Source: Mobula hypostoma (lineage: Eukaryota). From it: a DNA stretch of 64,000 nucleotides. Shown here piece by piece: positions 49,424 through 62,952 of the stretch; the stretch's first letter is position 1; every line of letters begins with the position of its first letter. The stretch spans positions 253,644,001 to 253,708,000 of the forward strand of contig NC_086097.1 in NCBI RefSeq assembly GCF_963921235.1, written 5' to 3'. The notes below the pieces were generated by a model, which was given only the letters and a program-made list of their open reading frames with translations, was not told where the DNA came from and did not search any database. The translations under genes and the position numbers were made by a program.

Positions 49424-50865
49424 TAGAGCAGAGCAAATTAGGAGAGCATTAGGCAGGAACTAGGGAGTTAATTGGGCAACTGTTTCTGTGCAAGTCCACA
49501 TCTGACATGTGGAGGGTGTTTAAAGACCAGCTGCACAGAGTATGGGCAGGTCACGTAGTGTTCCAGTTAGAAGGAAGGACAAGGATAACAAGGTAAGGGA
49601 ACCAGTGACGAGGGAGGTGATGAATTTAGACAAGAAGAAAAAGTATGTAAAGCTTTGGAAGCTGGAATCAGTTAGAGCCCTTGGGGATTATAGAGAAGCT
49701 GGAAAAGAACTAAAGAAGGGAATTAGGAAAGCCAGGAGTGGCCATGAAAAGTCCTTGGTGAGGAGGATTCAGGTGAATCCCAAGGCATTCAATACATCAA
49801 GAGCAAGAGGATAACTAGAGAGATCAGCGCCAAAAGTATTGACATGCTTGGGCATTTTGAGGTAAAGGAGGAGGTAGTGTTTGGTCTCTTAAAGAGCATG
49901 AAGGTGGATAAATCCCCAGGGCCTGATTGGGTATACCTCAGGTCATTGAGAGAGGTGAGAGAAGAGATTGCAGGGGCCTTGATCGATATCTTTGCATCCT
50001 CTCTATCCAAAGCCTAGTGGCTAATGTGGCTCCATCATTCAAGAAGGGAATCAAGGATAATCCTGGGAATTATAGACCAGTGGGTTTCACGTCACTGGTA
50101 GGAAAGTTACTGGAGAGAATTCTTAGGGATAGGATTTATGAACATTTGGAAAAACATGGCCGAATTAGTGAGAGTCAGCATGGTTTTGTGTGGGGGCAAG
50201 TTATGCCTTGCTAACTTGATTGAGTTTTTGAAAAGGTGACGAGGGTGATAATGAAGGCAGAGCTGTGGATGTTGTCTACGTGGATTTTAGTGAGGTATTT
50301 GACAAGGTCTCTCATGGGAGGCTCATCCAGAGGATTAAATGCATGGGATCCACGGTGAACTGTCTAATTGGATTCAGAATTGGCTTGCCTGCAGAAGACA
50401 GAGGGGAGTGGTTGAAGGAATTCATTCCAGCTGGAGGTCCGTAATTAGTGGAGCTCCACTGGGATCTGTGCTGAGACCCTGCTGTTTGTGATGATATAAA
50501 TCACCTGGATGAAAATGTAGATTTAGTAAATTTGCAGATTATTTGAAAATTGGTGGTGTGTGGATAATGTAGAGGCTAGTAAAGTATACGGAAGGATATA
50601 GATGAGTTGCTGATATGGGTGGAGAACTGGCCGATGGAGTTTCACCTGGTCAAATGTGAGGTGTTGCACCTTGATAGGGCAAATATAACGAGACAGTACA
50701 TGGTTAACGGCAAGGCCTAACAGTGTACTGTCCTGAGAAGGATACGGACATTGTGTAACAGAGGGGATTAGATTAGTTGGCCATTTGATGACTAATTTAA
50801 TTGGTTCAGCACAACATTGTGGGGCGAAGGGCCTATTCCTGTGCTGTACTGGTCTATGTTCTTTG
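49424..50865 (+). mobile_element. Old degenerate CR1 ORF2 region
   Basis: DKSPGPD, PGNYRPV, SQHGF, KFAD remnants. Confidence 0.8.
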
Positions 50866-51052
50866 ATATAGATGATACTGATGGTGCATGGGGTTGTGGC
50901 AGATGGGTGGAATGTGATCGAAGTGACACAGATCTCAGATCGGTTTGTTTCAATTCCACCACTAGGCCGGTGTTTTACTGCTGATTGTGAGGGGGGTGAA
51001 AAGAGGAGAGCCAGATTTACCAGTGCGGAATGGGAGGAGGAAGAATTAATGT

Positions 51053-51524
51053 AGAACATACAACCATAGAAATCTACAGCACATTACAGGCCCTTCGGCC
51101 CACAATGTTTTGCCGACCATATAACCTACTTTAGAAACTGCCTAGCATTTCCCTACCACATAGCCCTCTATTTTTCTGAGCTCCAGGTACCTATCTAAGA
51201 GTCTCTTAAAAGACCCAATTGTATCCGCCTCCAGCACCTTCATCGGCAGTGCATTCCACGCACTCACCACTCGCTGTGTGAAAAACTTATCCCTGACGTC
51301 CCTCGGTACCTATTTGCAAGCACCTTAAAACTATGCCCCCTCATGTTAGCCATTTCAGCCCTGGGAAAAAGCCTCTGACTATCCACACGATCAATGCCTC
51401 TCATCATCTTATACACCTCTATCAGGTCACCTCTCACCCTCCGTCGCTCCAAGGAGAAAAGGCCGAGTTCACTCAACCTATTCTCATAAGTTACACCCTC
51501 CAATCCAGGCAACATCCTTGTAAA
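51053..51524 (-). mobile_element. CR1 3' fragment
   Basis: LGLFSLERRRVRGDLIEVYK. Confidence 0.85.
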
Positions 51525-52251
51525 TGGTAGGGCGTTGAAGAATGCAGTAGAAGAGAGGGATCTAGGAATAATGGTGCATAGTTCCCTGAAGGTGGAATCT
51601 CATGTGGATAGGGTGGTGAAGAAAGCTTTTGGTATGCTGGCCTTTATAAATCAGAGCATTGAGTATAGGAGTTGGGATGTAATGTTGAAATTGTACAAGG
51701 AATTGGTAAGGCCAAATTTGGAGTATTGTGTACAGTTCTGGTCACCGAATTATAGGAAAGATGTCAGCAAAATTGAGAGAGTATAGAGAAGACTTACTAG
51801 AATATTACCTGGGTTTCATCTCCTAAGTTACAGAGAAAGGTTGAACAAGTTGGGTCTTTATTCTTTGGAGTGTAGAAGGTTGAGGGGGGACTTGATGGAG
51901 GTATTTAAAATTATGAGGGGGATAGATGAAGTTGACCTGGATAGGCTTTTTCCATTGAGAGTGAGGAAGATTCAAGCAAGAGGACATGAGTTGAGAGTTA
52001 AAGGGCAAAAGTTTAGGGGTAACATGAGGGGGAACTTCTTTACTCAGAGAGTGGTAGCTGTGTGGAATGAGCTTCCAGCAGAAGTGGTTGAGGCAGGTTC
52101 AATGTTGTCGTTTAAAGTTAAATTGGATAGATATATGGACAGGAAAGGAATGGAGGGTTATGGGCTGAGTGCAGGTTGGTGGAACTAGGTAAGAGTAAGG
52201 GTTTGGCACGGACTAGAAGGGCCGAGATGGCCTGTTTCTGTGCTGTAATTG
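51525..52251 (+). mobile_element. CR1 3' fragment whose tail (resuming at 53114-53136) is split by a solo LTR
   Basis: ERDLG, LEYCVQFWSP, FFTQRVV; ttatatggttatatggtt tail after the LTR. Confidence 0.88.
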
Positions 52252-53113
52252 TGTTACGTACCCCGTAACTGGGTTGCCAAACCAGCAGAAATGGATCACT
52301 CAGTTGGAGTCTGGATTACTAGAACTAAGAAAGTTTTATTAAAGAAACAAGCAACACAGTAATCGAAAGGATAATAAATGCAACAGTTCAGCAATGATAA
52401 ACACATATGTGCACAGAATTAAGATGACAGCATCAATCAAGCTCTATCGTTGTCTAGGGGTAAATGACCAATTTCAAAGTGACACAAAGGTCCAGTTCGA
52501 TTTAGTTCAGTTTGCAGTAATCGTTGCCACGGCGATGGACAACGTGGGGGGGGGGGAGAGAGACAACGGGAACGACTGATCATTCAGAAACGGCTTCCAC
52601 TCACAGACCGGCGATATTGCTCACAAGCAGCTTTCCGGGCGGGTCCTTTGTGATGTCGCCTGAGGTCACCGACTGTGACCCCTCCTCCAGATGCGGTCGA
52701 TCCTCTGCAGTGAACCCGGCACCCAAGCGAGGGTGGACACACACCGGGTTCCCGCTGATCGTACCTTTCCACCCTGTGCGTTTAAGGTCCGATACTTCCC
52801 ACCGACTCGTGAGAGGCGCACCGCTTCCAGGGTCTCGTTACCTCGGGTGTCGTGTGTGTCCTGCCTTAGCGAACCTGTCCCTTTTTATCCCCCTGCTGGG
52901 GTATCGCCTGTCCATCACTTCAAACAGTTCAGGGTTCAAAGGGGGAGCCGCTCTAGACAGCTCTCTCTCCCGTCCCTTCATTACACATCTCCAAATGCTG
53001 CTTCATTGTTCCTTATCTCTCCTTCCCCTGAGGACAGGTGGCAGACCACTGCTGATGCCACTGATGCTAGCCCAGGCCAGCAAACATCTTAATTTATGTG
53101 TATTCTCGTCACA
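52252..53113 (-). mobile_element. Solo LTR (862 bp; Gypsy or ERV)
   Basis: tgttac..gtcaca termini; 4-bp TSD attg at 52248-52251 and 53114-53117; minus-strand AATAAA near 52335 gives the orientation. Confidence 0.85.
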
Positions 53114-53259
53114 ATTGTTATATGGTTATATGGTTAAATCTCCTCTGTACTCTGTCTATCGTATCCACATCCTCCCTGTAGTTCTGGTGACCTTTCAACC
53201 CTGACTGGTGAGCAAAGGAAGGCGAGTAACGTTTCACCCAGACACCAACCCGGATTGGC

Positions 53260-53640
53260 ATCTAAAACTTTGAAAAACTTCTCTAGATGTGTGGAGGAGA
53301 GTACATTGACTGGGTGCATCACAGGCTGGTATGGAAAATCGTACAGCCCAGTCCATCACAGGTAAAGCCCTCCCCACCACTGAGCACATATACAGGGAGC
53401 ACTGTCGCAGGAAAACAGCATCCATCATCAGTGACCCCCACCACCCAGGTCATGCTCTCTTCTCACTGCTGCCATCAGGAAGAAGGTACAGGAGCTTCAG
53501 GGCCCACATCACCAGGTTCAGGAACAGTTACTACCCTCAACTATCAGGCTCTTGAACCAGAGGGGATAACTTCACTCAATTTCACTTGCCCCATCACCGA
53601 ACTGTTCCCACAACCTGTGGACCCATTTTTAAGGACTTTT
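53260..53640 (+). mobile_element. Rex1/Babar-like LINE 3' fragment
   Basis: DPHHPGHALFSLLPSGRRYRSFRAHITRFRNSYYP. Confidence 0.8.
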
Positions 53641-54879
53641 CTGTTCTCATTGTAAAGGCACTTTGCTGTTTTTAGAAAGCTAGAGAGTTGTTGTTCTACT
53701 TGGAATGAACGAAAGGACCATAACAGATTTTTTTCTGTCTTTGACTGTTATAAATCAGTAATATTCGTTAAACCTGTTTTGTGTTCCCTCCTGCCCATAT
53801 CTCATCTAATTTTAAGTGAATCCTAGTTGCTAGTTTTCTGTTTGTTGAAAGGCTTCTGGCAAAGTCATTTGCCAACTTCATGTCCAAGACAATTGTGAAA
53901 ACAATTAAGTTGTGATTGGTTCTTGAATTACATTTCGGACGAACAGCAAGGAACAATTATGTAGAAACAATAAACAGAATGGAATTGTACGATCCTCGGT
54001 TTCATTGTCAAGAAGAGGATTATTGGGATTTGCAATTTTAATCTTCTTCCTCTGCATAAAGATTAACTTTGCCAATAATGTATTAGAGAGCATTTTTATT
54101 TTAGATTTTGTGTCAAGATAAATTAATGTTATTCTGTTTCCAATTCTTGCATCAGGACTGCAAATTATTCATCCCAGTCTATCACAGGTAATGCCCTCTC
54201 CACCACAGAGCACATCTACGTGAAGCACTGTCAGTGGAAAACAGGAACAATTATAACTCCTCTTGCTTTTGATCCAGTGTTGATAACTTCACTCACCTCA
54301 ACTCTGAGGTCCCAACTGATTCCAGAACCTATGGACTCACTTTCAAGGAATCTAACAACCCATGTTCTTAATATTATTTATCAATTATTAGACAGTTGTT
54401 ATTATTTTGTTTTTTTTGTATTTTACAATTTGTTGTGTTTTGCACATTGGGTGTATGTCTTTGTATACGTGTCGTTTCTCATTGATTCTCCTGTGCTTCT
54501 TTGTTTTTTTTTTGAATGCCCACAAGAAAATGAACATCAGGTTGCGATGTGTATGGTGAGATAGATGTACTTTGATAACAAATTTACTTTAAAACTTTGA
54601 CTTGATGAGGGGCCTTGGCCAGTTTCGACAGTTTATTCCATTCCATTGTTACAGAATTAGATGCCCACCTTCTCTGTTGGGACACATTCATGTGCTCGCT
54701 GACATTAGACACAGGTTCTGCTTGAATGGGTGTGAAATGGCCGTTTCATGCCCAGCTTTCTTTCATTGAGTTCACACGTGTACCAAGTGACAGATTCAAT
54801 GTTGTTCTGACCTCATTGTGGCCCTCAGCATTGTTAACAATACCTCACATTCATCCAACGGGCAGGAGGTGCTGTGGCA

Positions 54880-57800
54880 TTGGGACAAGAATCAGGTTTA
54901 ATATCACTAGCAGACATTGTGAAATTTATTGTTTTGTGGCAGCAGTACACTGTAATACATAACTAAAATATTACAGTGAGAGATACATATAAAAAATAAA
55001 CAAACACTACAAAAATAGAGGGAAAATACCGAGGTAGTGTTCATGGGTTTCAGAAATCAGTGTTCAGTCCTTTCAGAAATCTGATGGTAGAGGGAAGGAG
55101 CTGTTCCTGAAACGTTGAGTGTGTGTCTTCGGGCTCCTGTACCTCCTCCCTGATGGTAGCAATGACAAGAGGCCATCACTGAGACCTGGCTAAAGGATGG
55201 ATGTCTCTGGGAGCTGAACGTCCAAGGACACACGGTGTATCGGAAGGATAGGAAGGTAGGCAGAGAGGGAGGCGTGGCTTTATTGGTAAGAAATGATATT
55301 AAATCATTAGAAAGAGGTGATATAGGATCGGAAGGTGCAGAATCTTTATGGGTTGAGCTAAGGAATTGCAGGGCTAAAAGGACCCTGATGGCAGTTATTT
55401 ACAGGCCTCCAAACAGCTGCAGGGATGTGGACTACAAATTACAACAGGAAATAGAAAAGGCTTGTCAGAAGGGCAGTGTTATGATAATTGTGGGGGATTT
55501 TAACATGCGAGTGGATTGGGAAAATCAGGTCGGCACTGGATCTCAAGAGAGAGAATTTGTAGAATGTCTGCGAGATGGCTTTTTAGAACAGCTTGTTGTT
55601 GAGCCCACTAGGGGATCGGCTGTACTGGATTGGGGATTGTGTAATGAACCAGAGGTGATTGGAGAGATTGAGGTGAAGGAACCCTTAGGAGGCAGTGATC
55701 ATAACATGATTGAGTTCACTGTGAAATTAGGAAAAGAGAAACCGAAATTTGATGTGTCGGTATTTCAGTGGAGTAAAGGAAATTACAGTGGCATGAGAGA
55801 GGAACTGGCTAAAGTTGACTGGAAAGAGACACTGGCAGGAAAGACAGCAGAGCAGCAGTGGCTGGAGTTTATATGAGAAATGAGGAAGGTGCAAGACAGG
55901 TATATTCCAAAAAAGAAGAAATTTTCGAGTGGAAAAAGGATGCAACCGTGGTTGACAAGAGAAGCCAAAGCCAAAGTTAAAGCAAAGGAGAGGACATACA
56001 AGGAAGCAAAAGTTAGTGGGAAGACGGAGGATTGGGAAGTTTTTAAAACCTTACAAAAGGAAACCAAGAAGGTCATTAAGAGAGAAAAGATTAACTATGC
56101 AAGGAAGCTAGCAAATAATATCAAAAAGGATACTAAAAGCTTTTTCAAGTATATAAAGAGTAAAAGACAGTAGATATAGGACTGATAGAAAATGATACTG
56201 GAGAAATTGTAATGGGAGATGAGGAGATGGCAGAGGAACTGAACAAGTATTTTGCATCAGTCTTCACTGAGGAAGACAGCAGTATACCGGACACTCAAGG
56301 GTGGCAGGGAAGAGAAGTGTGCGCAGTCACAATTACGACAGAGAAAGTACTCAGGAAGCTGAATAGGCTAAAGGTAGATAAATCTCCTGGACCAGATGGA
56401 ATGCACCCTCGTGTTCTGAAGGAAGTACCTGTGGAGATTGCGGAGGCATTAGCGATGATCTTTCAAAAGTCAATAGATTCTGGCATGGTTTCGGAAGACT
56501 GGAAGATTTCAAATGTCACTCCGCTATTTAAGAAGGGGGCAAGGAAGCAAAAAGGAAATTACAGACCTGTTAGCTTGACGTCGGTGGTTGGGAAGTTGTT
56601 GGAGTTGATTGTCAAGGGTGAGGTTACAGAGTACCTGGAGGCATATGACAAGATAGGCAGAACTCAGCATGGATTCCTTAAAGGAAAATCCTGCCTGACA
56701 AACCTATTACAATTTTTTGAGGAAATTTCCAGTAGGCTAGACAAGGGAGATGCAGTGGATGTTGTGTATTTGGATTTTCAGAAGGCCTTTGACAAGGTGC
56801 CACACATGAGGCTACTTAACAAGATAAGAGCCCATGGAATTACGGGAAAGTTACATACGTGGATAGAGCGTTGGCTGATTGGCAGGAAACAGAGAGTGGG
56901 AATAAAGGGATCCTATTCTGGTTGGCTGCCGGTTACCGGTGGTGTTCCGCAGGGATCAGTATTGGGGCCGCTTCTTTTTACATTGTACATCAACGATTTG
57001 GATTATGGAATAAATGGCTTTGTGGTTAAGTTTGCTGACGATACGAAGATAGGTGGAGGGGCCGGTAGTGCTGAGGAAACAGAGAGTCTGCAGAGAGACT
57101 TGGATAGATTGGAAGAATGGGCAGAGAAGTGGCAAATGAAGTACAATGTTGGAAAGTGTATGGTTATGCACTTTGGTAGAAAAAATAAACGGGCAGACTA
57201 TTATTTAAATGGGGAAAGAATTCAAAGTTCTGAGATGCAACGGGACTTGGGAGTCCTCGTACAGGATACCTTAAAGTTAACCTCCAGGTTGAGTCAGTAG
57301 TGAAGAAGGCGAATGCAATGTTGGCATTCATTTCTAGAGGAATAGAGTATAGGAGCAGGGATGTGATATTGAGGCTCTATAAGGCGCTGGTGAGACCTCA
57401 CTTGGAGTACTGTGGGCAGTTTTGGTGTCCTTATTTAAGAAAGGATGTGCTGACGTTGGAGAGGGTACAGAGAAAATTCACTAGAATGATTCCGGGAATG
57501 AGAGGGTTAACATATGAGGAACGTTTGTCCACTCTTGGACTGTATTCCTTGGAGTTTAGAAGAATGAGGGGAGACCTCATAGAAGCATTTCGAATGTTAA
57601 AAGGCATGGACAGAGTGGATGTGGCAAAGTTGTTTCCCATGATGGGGGAGTCTAGTACGAGAGGGCTTGACTTAAGGATTGAAGGGCGCCCTTTCAGAAC
57701 AGAAATGCGAAGAAATTTTTTTAGTCAGAGGGTGGTGAATCTATGAGATTTGTTGCCACGGGCAGCAGTGGAGGCCAAGTCATTGGGTGTATTTAAGGCA

Positions 57801-58560
57801 GAGATTGATAGGTATCTGAGTAGCCAGGGCATCAAAGGTTATGGTGAGAAGGCAGGGCAGTGGGACTAAGTAGGAGAAAATGGATCAGCTCATGATAAAA
57901 TGGCGGAGCAGACTCGATGGGCCGAATGGCCTACTTCTGCTCCTTTGTCCTTATGGAATGTTTTCGGTGATGGGGGTCCTTAATGCTGGATACCACCTTT
58001 TTGAGGCATCACCTTTTGAATGTGTTCTTGATGCCGGGGAGTCTAGAGTCCATGATAGAACTGGCAGAGATTACAAGTTTCTGCAGCTTTTTCTGATCCT
58101 GCTGTGGCCCCTCCATACCAGATGGTGATGCAGCCAGTTAGAATGCTTTTCATGGTACAGCTGTGGAAATTTGTGAGAGTCTTTGGTGACATACCAATTC
58201 TACCCAAACTCCATATGACATATAGCTTTTGTCATGCCTTCTTTGTAATTGCATCGATATGTTGAGCCCAGGACAGATCTTCAGAGATGTTGAGACCCAG
58301 GAACTTGAAACTGCTCACCTTTTCCACTGCTGATCCCTCAGTGAGGACTGGTGTGTGATCCCTCCACTTCCCCTTCCCGAAGTCCAGTATCAGTTCCTTG
58401 GTCTTACTGACATTGAGTGCCAGATTGTTGCTGCAGCAGTGCTCGACCATCTTATCTATATTGTTCGTGTTCACCTCCTCACCTCCATCCGAGATTCTGC
58501 CAACAATAGTTGTGTCATCGGCAAATTGATGGACGGCTTTTGAGCTGTGCCTAGCCACAG
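54880..58560 (-). mobile_element. Rex1/Babar-like LINE 3' part, split by the CR1 at 55176-57955
   Basis: QFADDTTIVG, LNVSKTKEL, FKFLG on the right; LLPSGRRYRS and tail on the left. Confidence 0.75.
55176..57955 (+). mobile_element. CR1 LINE, near-complete ORF2 with a stop and frameshifts
   Basis: ITETWL..YRPP..GDFN..SDH..QHGF..FADD..; lesions near 55874, 56170 and 57270. Confidence 0.93.
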
Positions 58561-59323
58561 CTGTGGGGGAACTGTTAGCTTGGAAACAGCTTCCTACCGC
58601 AGGCCATAAGACTATTGAATTTCCTGCCTACCCAGGTTTGTCATGTACAAATCACCAGTAGTTTTAACTTGAGTCATAAATGCATCTTATTATTTGTTAA
58701 TTTACCTGAGAGAACATTACTTTAAATGTTATGAGTGTGAGTTATATGTACTGTATTGTGCATCTTGGCTGTATACATGTGTACGGTTTCATGAAATTAT
58801 CTTGAACTTAGACTTGAACTTGAACCTATAACATTAATGTCCGGCATGAACCTGCCCTTACCCTCACCCCCGGCAGTGCGTTCCCTGTATCCACCACTTC
58901 CTGTGTAAAAACTTTCCTCTGACTTCCGGCCCCTACACTTTCCACCAATTACCTCAGAATTATGTCCCCTGGCACTAGCTATGTGTTTGTAGTTGTAGTT
59001 TCATGAGTTCAGTCGTTCCAAGGTTCCATTTAATATCAGAGAATGTATACAATATACAACCTGAAATTCTTACTCTTCACAGACATCCACAAAAACAGAA
59101 GAAACACTACAAGGAATGAAAGACAGAAAAGACATTAGAACCCCAAAGACCCCTCTCCCCCCATGCACAAACAGCAGAAAAGCATCAGCCCTCCCCCTCC
59201 CCATCCCCAATGTATTTCAGCGTCCACCATCCACCAAGCAAGCAATAGCAAATGCTCCAAAGAGAGACCGTGATCTGCAGTCCAACAAAAACTATGGTTC
59301 ACCCAACAATTCGACATGCCACA

Positions 59324-59349
59324 GTCTCTCTCTCTCTCTCTCTCTCTCA
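59324..59349. repeat. (CT)n microsatellite
   Basis: Run of tc dinucleotides. Confidence 0.9.
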
Positions 59350-59609
59350 CTAACAAGGGACAGAGAGGTGTCACCACATTGAGAGGGGAAACCTCCAAAA
59401 CAGTCGCTGTTACCATGTTACAGTCTTTTATTGCAAGTTTTTCTGACTCGAAAATTGGCAAAAAACCTTTCTCCACCGTCGCTCGAACAAGTAAAAATCC
59501 TCATCAGAAAAAGCCCCAAAGATTAGAAAAAGGCAGATGCCTGCAATGCAACGAAGACCTTGGTTCCCAGGTAGTCAGACTTTGGCAGCTTGATCTTCTT
59601 CAAAGTTCC

Positions 59610-60115
59610 AGGTAAAAGTAAATTATTGATTAAAGTACATATATGTCGCTGTTTAGAACCCGGGCATTCACAGTAACTACAATATCGAGAATAGAGGGAT
59701 TGAAAGACCACATCAACAGAGTGGACAGCCGCTATGCAAAACACAGCAAACTGTATGAATACAAACAGAAGGAGAAAGAAACAAACAAATAAATAAATAC
59801 ACAAATAGATATATAGATAAATAAACAAACAAACAATAACTATCAAAAACATGAGATGAAGGGTCCTTGAAATGGAGACCATAGGTTGTGGGAAAGATTA
59901 AGTGATGGGGCAAGTGAAGTTGAGTGAAGTTGTCCCCTGTGGTTCAAGAGCCTGATGGTTGAGGGGTAATAACTGTTCCTGAACCCGGTGGTGTGAGTCC
60001 TGAGGCTCCTGTACCTCCTTCCCAATGACAGCAGTGAGAAGAGAGCATGGTCTGGATGGTGGGGGTCACTGATGGTGGATGCTGCTTTTCTGCAACAGCG
60101 CTGTGTGTGGACATG
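59610..60115 (-). mobile_element. Rex1/Babar-like LINE 3' fragment
   Basis: GRRYRSLRTHTTGFRNSYYPSTIRLLN. Confidence 0.8.
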
Positions 60116-60244
60116 TTGGCATATCTTCTTAAACCCATCACCTCTACAGAGGCATAGAACTCTGACAGTCCTCTGACTGAGGGCAAATGTTGATTGGCCC
60201 TGTGACTTCTGCTTTCACCACCCAACGTCAGAGGTCTTAGGCTA

Positions 60245-62200
60245 TAAGACCATAACATATAGGAGCAGAATTAGTCCATTTGGCCTATCAAGTCTGCTCC
60301 GCCATTTCATCATGGCTGATCTAATTTTTCTCTCAACCCCAGTATCCTGCCTTCTCCCCATATCCCTTCATACCCTGACCAGTCAAGAATCTATCAACCT
60401 CTGCCTTAAATACAGATAAAGACTTGGCCTCCACAGCTGCCTGTGACAAAGAATTCCACAGATTCACCACCCGCTGGCTAAAGAAATTCCTCCTCATCTC
60501 TATTGTAGAAGGATGCCCCTCTATTCTGAGGCTGTGTCCTCTGGTCTTAGACTCTCCCACCATAGGAAACATCCTCTCCACATCCACTCTATCAAGGCCT
60601 TTCACCATTCAATAAATTTCAATGAGGTCACCCCTCATTCTTCTGAATTCCAGTGAATACAAGCCCAGAACCATCAAACACTCTTCAAGCTTATTACTTC
60701 TTCTAAGAATTCCAGCAGATTTGTCAGGTAAGATTTTCCCTTGAGGAAAACATGCTGACCATGGCCTATTTTACCATGCGCCTCCAAGTATCATGAGACC
60801 TCATCCTTAATAATTGACTCCAAAATTTTCCCAACCAGAGGTCAGACTAACTGGCCTATAGTTCCCTTTCTTCTGCCTCTCTCCCTTCTTGAGGTAACAT
60901 TTGCAATTTTCCAGTCTTCCAGAAGCATTCCAGAATCTAGTGATTCTTGAAAAATCATTACTAATGCCTCCACGATCTCTTCAGCCACCTCTTTCAGAAC
61001 CCTGAGGTGTACATCATCTGGTCCAGGTGATTTATCTACCTTCAGACCTTTCAGTTTCCCAAAAACCTTCTCTCTGGTGATGGTAATTTCACACACTTTA
61101 TACCCCCTGACACCTGGAACTGCCATCATACTGCTGGTGTCTTCCATAGTGAAGACTGATGCAAAATACTGATTCAGTGAATTCCCCATTTCGTTGTCGC
61201 TCATTACTACCTCTCCAGCTTCATTTCCCAGTGGTCCAATATCCAGTCTTGTCTGTCCTTTACGCTTTACAGTATGTATCCGAATAAACTTTTGGAATCC
61301 TCTTTAATATCCTTGGCCAGCTCACTTTCGTATTCCATATTTACCTTGACTTTTTTAGTTGCCTTTTGTTGGTTTTTAAAAGTTTCCCAAACCTCTAACT
61401 TTCCACTAATTTTTGCTCTATCATGTAATCAGAATCAGGTTTATTATCTCCGGCATGTGCCGTGAAATGTGTTAACTTAGCAGCAGCAGTTCAATGCAAT
61501 ACGTAATCTAGCAGAGAGAGAAAAAAAAATTAAATAAGTAAATCAATTACAGTATAATTACAATAGATTAAAAATTGTGCAAAAACAGAAATAATATATA
61601 TATATATTAAAAAGTGATGTAGTGTTCATGGGTTCAATGTCCACTTTGGAATCAGATGGCAGAGGGGAAGAAGCTGTTCCTGAATCACTGAGTGTGTGCC
61701 TTCAGGCTTCTGTACCTCCTACCTGATGGTAACAGTGAGAAAAGGGCATGCCCTGGGTGCTGGAGGTCCTTGATAATGGACGCTGCCTTTCTGAGACATC
61801 GCTCCCTGAAGATGTCCTGGGTACTTTGTAGGCTAGTGCCCAAGATGGAGCCACCTAAACTTACAACCCTCTGCAGCTTCTTTAGATCCTGTGTTGTAGC
61901 CCCCTCCCCCCACCCTGTCTTTGGCTCTTATGTTGGCTTTGACTTCTCTTGTTAGCCATGGCTGTGTCATCCTTCCTTTAGAATTATTTCTCTTTGGGAC
62001 GTGTATATCCTGCACCTTCCAAATTGCTTCCAGAAATTCCAGCCATTGCTGCTCTTCCTCAACCAATTCTGGCCAGCTCCTCTCTCACGCCTCTGTAATT
62101 CCCTTTACTCCACTGTAATACCGGTTCTCTGACTTTCACTGCTCTTTCTCCAATTTCAGGGAGAATTTGATCATATTATGATCACTTGACTCAAAGAGTT
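60245..62200 (-). mobile_element. Internally deleted CR1 with a nested Rex1-like fragment (about 61425-61905)
   Basis: CR1 ORF2 pieces DKSPGPD, QQWLEF and FFSQRVV; Rex1 3' piece RLYQLPSGRRY-type and ctgattctgatt tail. Confidence 0.75.
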
Positions 62201-62669
62201 CCTTTATCTGCTTGGCAAAGATCCTTCTGTTCCCAGGGATGATGTCTTTGGAGCCTCTGCTGGTGTTTCTATCGTGCTGTTGTTTTAAAGGATGGGGTTG
62301 CTAGCCCCATGTCCAACCGTCCTCCGTTCACAGCCGGGCTTGTGCGGAGTTAGGTACCCTACCAGTCGTACTTTGACAGAGTTTAATTTTAATTTCCTGA
62401 AAGTTTTGTTCATTCAGCACGAATATTTATAGGGTGTTCATAATTTCACTCCGAACCTACATGAAATGATTAATTCTTGTCAGATATGTTCTGCTTTCTG
62501 GATCTATTTAAACTAGAGTAGTGCCAACCAGTTCTGCAAATCTTATGGAGGCAATTACATATGAAGTGGTTTGTGTGATTGATTGCACATTGGGAAAGAT
62601 TTTAGGAAAATGATATCAGAACATCACCATGGACAGTCCAGAACCTGGTTGTGAAAGGAGGCGGGTTAG

Positions 62670-62952
62670 GTATAATTCAACCCCATTAATGTGGCCATAC
62701 CTTTCCTGTTTCTCTGCTCCACCCATAAGGACTCAGTAGACAAGCCCTCTAATCTGTCCTACCTGAGCACTGCTGTAATATTTTCCCTAACGAGCAATGC
62801 CACTCCCCCACCTTTCATTCCTCTGCCTCGATCACATCTGAAACACCGGAACCCTGGAATATTAAGCTGCCAGTCCTGCCCCTCCTGTAGCCAAGTTTCA
62901 CTAATGGCTATAATGTCATAATTCCATGTGTCAATCCACGCCCTCAACTCGT
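62670..62952 (-). mobile_element. CR1 endonuclease fragment
   Basis: DIIAISETWLQEGQDWQLNIPGFRCFRCDR..GGGVALLV. Confidence 0.85.

Noticed and set aside
52524..53204. 226-aa and 133-aa ORFs
   Set aside because: They lie in a GC-rich solo LTR and have no recognisable motifs.
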